Shown here in pieces: positions 57,634 to 64,000 of a stretch of DNA of 64,000 bases. The notes under the pieces are model-generated. The model made no database searches. It saw only the letters and a list, made by a program, of their open reading frames with translations, and had not been told where the DNA came from. Source of the DNA: Limisphaerales bacterium (GTDB lineage Bacteria; Verrucomicrobiota; Verrucomicrobiia; Limisphaerales; JAEYXS01); assembly GCA_965283725.1 (NCBI GenBank), contig CBDIPT010000001.1, positions 719,730-783,729 of the forward strand, written 5' to 3'. Position 1 is the first letter of the stretch. Each line of letters opens with the position of its first letter. The translations under genes were made by a program, and so were the position numbers.

Positions 57634-58623
57634 ATGAGCTCAGGAATCAGTGCTATCAATGCCGCCGTCCAAGAGGCGTCGGCTTTTGTCCCCGGGTTGC
57701 TGGGGGAAATCAACCGTGTCGTGGTAGGCCAGAAATACCTGGTCGAGCGTCTGGTCATCGGGTTGCTGGCCAACGGGCATGTGTTGCTGGAGGGCGTGCC
57801 GGGTCTGGCCAAGACGTTGTCGGTCAAAACGCTCGCCAATACATTGAGCGTCCGGTTCTCCCGGCTGCAGTTCACGCCGGATATGCTCCCGGCAGATGTC
57901 ATTGGCACCCAGATTTACAACCCCCAGTCCGGTGCTTTCACCACCCGGCGCGGACCGGTCTTTGCCAATATTGTCCTCGCGGACGAAATCAACCGGGCTC
58001 CCGCCAAGGTGCAAAGCGCTTTGCTGGAAGCCATGCAGGAAAGACAGGTGACCATTGGTGATCAGACCTATGCCTTGGAAGATCCGTTTCTGGTGTTGGC
58101 CACGCAGAACCCCATTGAGCAGGAAGGGACGTATCCTTTGCCCGAGGCGCAGGTGGATCGCTTCATGTTGAAGCTGAAGATCGGGTATCCCTCCCGCGAT
58201 GAGGAGCGCCAGATTCTTGATCTGATGGCCCGTACCTCGGGTTTGCCGGTGGCCCAACCAGTGGTCTCGCCGAAACAGATCATGGATGCCCGCAAGGTCA
58301 TCAACGACATCTACATCGATGACAAGGTGAAGGATTACATCGTGGACCTCGTCTGTGCTACGCGCAATCCGAAGACCTACAAGATCAATCTGGAAGGCAT
58401 GATCCAGCTCGGGGCGTCACCGCGTGCGACGATCGCGCTGACACTTTCCGCCAAAGCACACGCGTTTCTGAAAGGCCGTGGTTATGTCACGCCACAAGAC
58501 GTAAAGAGCGTGGCGATGGATGTGCTTCGCCACCGTGTCGCCGTCACCTACGAGGCTGAGGCCGAGGACAAGACGAGCGAAACGATCGTGCAGAAGATCT
58601 TGGATGAGCTGCCGGTGCCGTGA
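57634..58623 (+). CDS. MoxR-family AAA+ ATPase
   Basis: GHVLLEGVPGLAKT (Walker A), VLADEINRAPAKVQSALLEAMQE (Walker B/sensor) and ATQNPIEQEGTYPLPEAQVDRF are present. I preferred the ATG at 57634. Confidence 0.9.
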   Translation: MSSGISAINAAVQEASAFVPGLLGEINRVVVGQKYLVERLVIGLLANGHVLLEGVPGLAKTLSVKTLANTLSVRFSRLQFTPDMLPADVIGTQIYNPQSGAFTTRRGPVFANIVLADEINRAPAKVQSALLEAMQERQVTIGDQTYALEDPFLVLATQNPIEQEGTYPLPEAQVDRFMLKLKIGYPSRDEERQILDLMARTSGLPVAQPVVSPKQIMDARKVINDIYIDDKVKDYIVDLVCATRNPKTYKINLEGMIQLGASPRATIALTLSAKAHAFLKGRGYVTPQDVKSVAMDVLRHRVAVTYEAEAEDKTSETIVQKILDELPVP

Positions 58624-58696
58624 TCTCAAGTATGTGTTATGAGTTCAGGAGTCTGAAGCTTGCTTCGCACTTCGTGATTCATAGATCGCCCCAGAT

Positions 58697-59628
58697 ATGA
58701 TTCCCCGCGAGATACTGAAGAAAGTCCGACAGATCGAGTTGCGCACCAATCGCTTGGTGAGCGAGTCGCTTTCCGGCCGTTATCACAGTGCGTTCAAGGG
58801 GCAGGGGATGGATTTCGACGAAGTGCGGGAATACCAGCCGGGTGATGAAGTTCGCTCCATCGATTGGAATGTCACTGCGCGGATGAACCATCCGTTCGTG
58901 AAGAAGTTCGTGGAGGAACGCGAGTTGACGGTGATGCTGCTGGTCGATGTCAGCGCCTCCGGTTGGTTTGGCTCGGGGGCGCAATCCAAGCGTGAACTCG
59001 CCGCCGAGATCGCCTCCGTGCTGGCGTTCTCTGCCATCCGCAATCAGGATAAAGTCGGCGTATCCTTTACACCGATACGGTGGAGAAATACATCCCGCCC
59101 CGTAAGGGCAAGCGGCATGTCCTGCGGGTCATCCGCGAAGTGTTGTGTTTTGAGCCGAAATCGCGCGGCACGGATCTGAAGCAGGCGATGGAGTTTCTGA
59201 ATCGCGTCATCACGCGGCATGCCATTGTGGTTTTAGTGTCGGACTTTTTGGAACAGAACCGGGCGGGCCTACCGCTTTCCCGGCATGAGCGCAAACTGTC
59301 CGCCATCGCCACAACTGTGCTGCGGCAGGCGAACCGGCGCCATGATGTCGTGGCGGTGCAGATCACAGACCGGCATGAAATGGAACTGCCCAAGGTGGGG
59401 CGTTTGGTTTTGCGAGACGCGGAATCCGGCAAAATGCTGGAAGTGAACACGCAGGATGAAGGGTTGCGCCGGCGTTACAACGAGGTGCAGGAAAAGGAAC
59501 TGGCTGAATTGGGCAAATTCTTCCGTTCCTTGGGGATCGATGCCATCCGCCTGCGCACGGATGAGTCTTATAGCGCGGCTTTGGCCGCCTTTTTTGAAAC
59601 GCGCGAGAAGCGCCGTCGTCACGGATGA
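58697..59628 (+). pseudogene. DUF58-family protein (MoxR partner) interrupted by a 1-nt frameshift
   Basis: ORF1 reads ...GMDFDEVREYQPGDEVRSIDWNVTAR...LLVDVSASG...NQDKVGV and is then lost. The -1 frame continues (I)LYTDTVEKYIPPRKGKRHVLRVI...VVLVSDF. One base appears to be missing at about 59062/59063. Confidence 0.8.
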
Positions 59629-60485
59629 TCAAGAGCACTGGAGCAGTTGTGGTCCCGTCGCCCTCATCCGCCACGAATTCGCTGGCGGGCGGGGAGTTGC
59701 ATGATATCCGCCCGTTGATCCATGTGCCAGATGATTGGTTTTGGCTGAGCTGGATCACCACGAGTTTGGTCGGTGCGTTGATCGTCTGGAAAATCTGGCA
59801 GTTATGGCAGCAGCGCCCGCCCGCTTCCGAGCGGCGACCCAAAGTTTCCCCCGAGCAGAAAGCGCATCAGCAACTGGATGCGGCTTTGCGCCATGTGTTG
59901 GACCCGAAACTCTTTTGCTCCACGGTTTCCGACGCTTTACGGCTCTTTTTGGAGGAACGGTTCCGTTTCCGTGCACCCGAACGCACCACGGAGGAATTCC
60001 TTAACGAGTTGCAGCAAAGCCCGCGGTTGAATGCCGAGCAGAAGAGCCTGCTGGCGAATTTTTTGGAACGCTGTGACCTCGTGAAATTTGCGCGCCATGA
60101 ACCGGCCGAAACGGAATTGCGCGAGCTGCATTCCGTGGCGCATCGCATGGTCGATGACTTTAGCCTGGCCCCCAACACCGTGTCGTTCTCCCAGCAAGTC
60201 GGGGAAAAGGAAGTTGCCGTTCCAGTGGAATCGCCGGAAGTGGTCAAGCGATCCATCATCACGCAGTCCGTATTGGCGTTTCTGAGTCTGGGTTTCGGTA
60301 TTCTCATGTGGGTTTGGTCCGCCGGGCAAATGCTCGGACCCAACAACGGGAGCAAGCGCTGGCTGATCCTGTCCCGCTTGTTGGATACGGTTTGGTCCAG
60401 GCCGCTGGGCACTGCGTTGATCGTCTTGGGGTTGGTGTACATATTTGCTGCGGTAACGCGTAAACCACGGAGGCTGCCCGTATGA
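59625..60485 (+). CDS. DUF4381-like membrane protein of the Bat operon
   Basis: It sits between the DUF58 and batA-like genes. It has a TM helix (WITTSLVGALIVWKIW) and the CDLVKFARHEP motif typical of this family as I recall it. There are extra C-terminal TM helices. Confidence 0.55.
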   Translation: MIKSTGAVVVPSPSSATNSLAGGELHDIRPLIHVPDDWFWLSWITTSLVGALIVWKIWQLWQQRPPASERRPKVSPEQKAHQQLDAALRHVLDPKLFCSTVSDALRLFLEERFRFRAPERTTEEFLNELQQSPRLNAEQKSLLANFLERCDLVKFARHEPAETELRELHSVAHRMVDDFSLAPNTVSFSQQVGEKEVAVPVESPEVVKRSIITQSVLAFLSLGFGILMWVWSAGQMLGPNNGSKRWLILSRLLDTVWSRPLGTALIVLGLVYIFAAVTRKPRRLPV

Positions 60486-61486
60486 GGTTTGCCCAGCCAT
60501 GGTTCCTGCTTTTGCTGCTGCTCTTGCCACTCCTGGCCTATTGGCGGGCGCGGCGCACCGGGCGGGCGGCGTTCATGTTTTCCTCGTTGGGGGTATTGGG
60601 CGAGGTGCAGGCGGTCCGCCGGGATGTGGACAGTTTCATGTTGGCCCTGCTGCGTTGGTTGAGTCTGATCTTGTTCATCGTGGCCCTGGCGCGGCCCCAG
60701 TGGATCCGGGGGGAATCAAAGATTTCGGCCAGTGGTATCGATATCGTGGCGGCGTTCGATTTGTCGGACAGCATGGCGGCGGAGGACGAAGGCTTTACCT
60801 TCAAAGGAGAACAGGTGAACCGCCTCTTTATCTCCCGGCAGGTATTGCATGATTTCATCGCCAAGCGGGCTAATGACCGCATCGGTCTGGTGGCTTTCTC
60901 TGGCCAGGCTTACATCGCCGCTCCACTGTCCTTGGACCATGATTTTCTGCTGACCACGCTCGAACGTTTAAACCTCGACACCATCAAAGAAGAGGGGACG
61001 GCGATCGGCGATGCCATCACGGCCTCCATCAACCGGCTGCGCGATATCCAGTCGAAGAGCAAGATCATCATCCTGATCACCGATGGGCAAAGCAATGCTG
61101 GCAAGATTTCTCCGCTGACCGCGGCGGAGGCGGCCAAGGTCTTGGGCATCAAGGTCTATACGATCGGGGTCGGTACGCGGGGCGTTTCGCGGTTGCCCTA
61201 CACGGACGTTTTTGGCCGGAGAGGCTACCGGCAGGTGAATGTGGACATCGATGAGGATACGCTGACCAAGATCGCCAATATGACTGGCGGGAAATATTTT
61301 CGGGGCGACAAGACAGATACCTTGCGGAACATCTATGCGGAGATTGACCGTTTGGAACGGACCGAAGTAGAAGTTCAGCATTACCAGCATTTCACGGAAC
61401 TGTTCCCGTGGTTGCTTTGGCCGGGCATGGCCTTTTTGTTGCTGGAAGTGCTGTTGGCCCACACTATCTGGCGTCGCCTGCCATAA
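60482..61486 (+). CDS. BatA-like VWA-domain membrane protein
   Basis: The N-terminus MRFAQPWFLLLLLLLPLL is followed by the VWA MIDAS motif AAFDLSDSM, ILITDGQSN, YTIGVG and a C-terminal TM helix. Confidence 0.8.
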   Translation: MRFAQPWFLLLLLLLPLLAYWRARRTGRAAFMFSSLGVLGEVQAVRRDVDSFMLALLRWLSLILFIVALARPQWIRGESKISASGIDIVAAFDLSDSMAAEDEGFTFKGEQVNRLFISRQVLHDFIAKRANDRIGLVAFSGQAYIAAPLSLDHDFLLTTLERLNLDTIKEEGTAIGDAITASINRLRDIQSKSKIIILITDGQSNAGKISPLTAAEAAKVLGIKVYTIGVGTRGVSRLPYTDVFGRRGYRQVNVDIDEDTLTKIANMTGGKYFRGDKTDTLRNIYAEIDRLERTEVEVQHYQHFTELFPWLLWPGMAFLLLEVLLAHTIWRRLP

Positions 61487-61493
61487 TAGAGAG

Positions 61494-63533
61494 ATGAACG
61501 ACAACGAGAACATACAGTTCGGTGCGCCGATGATGCTTTGGATAGCATTGGCGGCGGTGCCTTGCGTGGTGCTGTTCTTTGTCTGGGTATGGCGACGCAA
61601 ACAGGCCGCCATGAACTTATTCATCCCTACGCGCCTGTTCGAGACCTTGCTCGTGGGATATTCGGCCAAACGGGAGAAGATACGTTATGGACTGTTGGGA
61701 ACGGCTTTGATCCTGGCATTGCTGGCTTTGACGAGCCCGCGTTGGGGATACGATTGGGAAGAGGTTCGGCAGAAGGGGTTGGATGTCGTGGTGGCGGTGG
61801 ATACCAGCCGGAGCATGCTGGCGCCGGATATCGCTCCGAACCGGCTCGAACGTGCCCGGCTCGCGTGCATCGATCTGATGCGGGCCGCCAAGACGGATCG
61901 CCTGGGATTGGTCGCCTTTGCCGGCAGCGCGTTTCTGCAATGTCCTTTGACGTTTGATAATGAGGCCTTCCGGCTTAGCCTGAATGCTCTGGATACCGGT
62001 ATCATTCCGCAGGGTGGCAGTTCTTTGGCGGAGGCTATCAAGACGGCCCAGGAATCCTTCAAGCAGGACGAGGATAATCACAAGGTGCTGATTCTGATCA
62101 CGGACGGCGAGGATCACGAGGAAGGGGCAGTAGAAGCCGCCAAGGCAGCGGTCAAAGCTGGTATCAAGATCTACACCATCGGGGCCGGCACGCCTAACGG
62201 GGAACTGCTCAGCTTCAAAGGGGAAAACGGCAAACAAGATTTTATCCGTGATGATGCCGGCAATATCGTGCGCTCCAAGTTGAATGAAGGTTTGCTGCGG
62301 GAGATCGCCACAGTGGGCGGCGGATTCTATCTGCCGCTTTCCGGGGCGAAGACGATGGAGACGCTGTATCAGCATCCGCAAGGACTCGGCTCGTTGCCGA
62401 AGTCTGATTCCCAAGCCAAGTTTGTCCGCCGTTATCAGGAGCGTTATCAATGGCCTCTGGCGTTCGCTTTCGTGCTCCTGCTGGTCGAATGGGTGATACA
62501 GACCCGGCCTGCGACGAAGGAGGTTCCGGCCGCGGGGAAATCCCCGGCGATTGCTCCGGCCAAATCGGCTGTCACGGCGTTGTTGCTTTTGACGATGACG
62601 CTGAGCGCCTTCGCTTCCCCTTCGGAGGCGCGTAAGGCTTACGAGAAAGGGGACTATCGTTCCGCCTTGGAAGAATATTCACGCTTGGCCAAGGAACGGC
62701 CCGACGACGCGCGGTTGCAATACAATGCCGGCGCAGCGGCGTATCGGGCGGAGGATTATGAAACGGCGGCCAACCGCTTCAACGACGCGCTTCGCACTAC
62801 GGATTTGGAGCTGCAACGCAACGCCTATTATAATCGCGCCAACGCCCGCTATCTTCAGGGGGACAAGACCGCCGAAGCGGGCGACAAACAGAAGTTCTGG
62901 GAATCTTCCTTGGAGGATTACGAACGGGCTTTAAAGTTGAAAAAGGACGATGCCGATGCGGCTTACAACCGGGATCTCGTCAAACGCAAGCTGGAAGAGT
63001 TGAAGAAACAGCAGGAGCAGCAGCAAAAGCAGCCTGATAATAAGAATCAGGACAACAAGGATAACAAGGACGATAAAAAAGATCAGCAAAAGCAGGATAA
63101 GAACGAGCAGCAGCAGAAGCAGGACTCCAAGCAAAACGAGCAGCAATCCAAAGACCAGCAAAAGGGCCAGAAGCAGGACGATAAGCAGAAGCAGGATCAA
63201 AAGAAGCAGGCCGAAAAGGACAAGCAGGAGCAGGCGAAGAAGGACCAGCAAAAGCAGGACGAGCAAAAGGGTGATCAAGACATTGCGCAGCAACAGGCCA
63301 AGAAGCAAAGCGATGGCAAGCAGGACAAACAGGGCGAAAAGAAACCGGATGAGCAAGGCGGCCAGCCCATGATGGCGCAAGGCAATGCGGAGATGACACA
63401 ACAGCAGGTGATGCAGCTTTTAGACACGCTTAAAGCACAGGAAAAAGCCCTGATATTTCAACCCCCAGGCGATGCGAAGAATCGCCCGAGAGTTTCAAAG
63501 ACTGGTGATGTATCCGGCCAAGCTAAATCTTAA
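61494..63533 (+). CDS. BatB-like VWA domain fused to BatC-like TPR repeats, with a K/Q/D-rich low-complexity tail
   Basis: The VWA MIDAS motif is VAVDTSRSM, with LILITDGEDH and YTIGAG. A TM helix and TPR repeats (YEKGDYRSALEEY...YNAGAAAYRAEDYETA) follow, then about 120 aa of KQ-rich sequence. Confidence 0.8.
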   Translation: MNDNENIQFGAPMMLWIALAAVPCVVLFFVWVWRRKQAAMNLFIPTRLFETLLVGYSAKREKIRYGLLGTALILALLALTSPRWGYDWEEVRQKGLDVVVAVDTSRSMLAPDIAPNRLERARLACIDLMRAAKTDRLGLVAFAGSAFLQCPLTFDNEAFRLSLNALDTGIIPQGGSSLAEAIKTAQESFKQDEDNHKVLILITDGEDHEEGAVEAAKAAVKAGIKIYTIGAGTPNGELLSFKGENGKQDFIRDDAGNIVRSKLNEGLLREIATVGGGFYLPLSGAKTMETLYQHPQGLGSLPKSDSQAKFVRRYQERYQWPLAFAFVLLLVEWVIQTRPATKEVPAAGKSPAIAPAKSAVTALLLLTMTLSAFASPSEARKAYEKGDYRSALEEYSRLAKERPDDARLQYNAGAAAYRAEDYETAANRFNDALRTTDLELQRNAYYNRANARYLQGDKTAEAGDKQKFWESSLEDYERALKLKKDDADAAYNRDLVKRKLEELKKQQEQQQKQPDNKNQDNKDNKDDKKDQQKQDKNEQQQKQDSKQNEQQSKDQQKGQKQDDKQKQDQKKQAEKDKQEQAKKDQQKQDEQKGDQDIAQQQAKKQSDGKQDKQGEKKPDEQGGQPMMAQGNAEMTQQQVMQLLDTLKAQEKALIFQPPGDAKNRPRVSKTGDVSGQAKS

Positions 63534-64000
63534 TCGGTCACGCCTGATCGCCCGCCTCGTGTGTCTGGTGTGTTTGCTGCCTTTGGTGCTCAGGGCGCAG
63601 GTGCAGTTGGTTCTGGATCGCAACGCTGTTTCCGTTGGTGACACCGTGCAGTTGACGGTGGTGGTGCAAACCAATGATGCGGTCCCACAGCCTGAGGTGC
63701 CGCCGGTCCAAGGACTGCAGTTCACTTTCCTGGGGGGAGGCGCCCAAAAGTTCAATGTAAATGGCGTGCGGATGGAGCGGAAACTGAATGTGTTCAGCGT
63801 GAAAACCACCCAGCCGGGAAATTTCATGCTAGGACCGGTAAAAGTCACGGTTGGCAATCAGGTGGTTCAATCTCAAACGGTGGCGCTAAAGGTTTCTCCT
63901 GCCAATGCCGCAGCAGAGGACGCCACGCCAAAGACCGCATTTCTCCAGTTGGCTGTCCCGAAAACGGAGTATTCCCTGGGTGAAGTTTTTCCCGTAGAGA
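63508..64000 (+). CDS. BatD-like (oxygen-tolerance) protein, 5' part; runs off the right edge
   Basis: My own translation from ATG 63508 reads MYPAKLNLNRSRLIARLVCLVCLLPLVLRAQVQLVLDRNAVSVGDTVQLTVVV...GNFMLGPVKVTVGNQVV. This is the typical BatD N-terminal Ig-like repeat, and the frame is open to nt 64000. The ORF is absent from the supplied ORF track because it has no stop in the window. Confidence 0.65.
   Translation, partial: MYPAKLNLNRSRLIARLVCLVCLLPLVLRAQVQLVLDRNAVSVGDTVQLTVVVQTNDAVPQPEVPPVQGLQFTFLGGGAQKFNVNGVRMERKLNVFSVKTTQPGNFMLGPVKVTVGNQVVQSQTVALKVSPANAAAEDATPKTAFLQLAVPKTEYSLGEVFPVE

Noticed and set aside
62931-63401. Leu-rich 156-aa minus-strand ORF, and the periodic DNA as a possible CRISPR or tandem-repeat array
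   Set aside because: The periodicity comes from CAG/AAG codon runs of the K/Q-rich tail of the BatB-BatC protein. There are no conserved repeat-spacer units and no cas genes. The antisense poly-Leu ORF is a by-product.

Overview
By eye this is a moderately GC-rich, gene-dense chromosomal window. It looks like a PVC-superphylum genome, most likely Verrucomicrobiota-like. The taxonomic hints are a DUF1559/H-X9-DG prepilin-like protein, a PEP-CTERM/exosortase module and a MoxR-Bat aerotolerance-type operon. Housekeeping blocks are clear: rpsI-rplM, rpmB, smpB, rpoZ, rho, nusA-infB-rbfA-nrnA-truB-ribF, moaA, metF, argC, coaE and tRNA-Leu(GAG). Four accessory modules stand out. (1) 33.8-41.4 kb holds a complete Pup/UBact-proteasome locus: WYL regulator, ARC/Mpa-like AAA ATPase, Dop-like, a 57-aa Pup-like protein ending in GQ, PrcB, PrcA and PafA-like. 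The dop-like gene is broken by a 1-nt frameshift. (2) 13.6-21.8 kb holds a FadL-type outer-membrane channel divergent from a large SAM-methyltransferase, a polytopic sensor kinase and three receiver-first histidine kinases. This architecture resembles the Ralstonia phcBSRQ fatty-acid-methyl-ester quorum-sensing operon. (3) 3.2-8.3 kb (minus strand) holds a tight luxE-like / MFS / luxC-like / queD-like operon, with no luciferase genes, followed by a TrmO-like gene. (4) 48.9-54.0 kb holds a PrsT-like TPR protein, an exosortase-EpsI fusion and one PEP-CTERM substrate. Four otherwise well-conserved genes (polyprenyl synthase, dop, exosortase, DUF58), and possibly the N-terminus of a CHASE kinase, are interrupted by 1-2 nt deletions. 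This suggests either indel-type sequence errors or real pseudogenisation. No CRISPR array, rRNA, transposase or integrase was recognised. All functional calls come from reading motifs in the supplied translations; no database search was possible.
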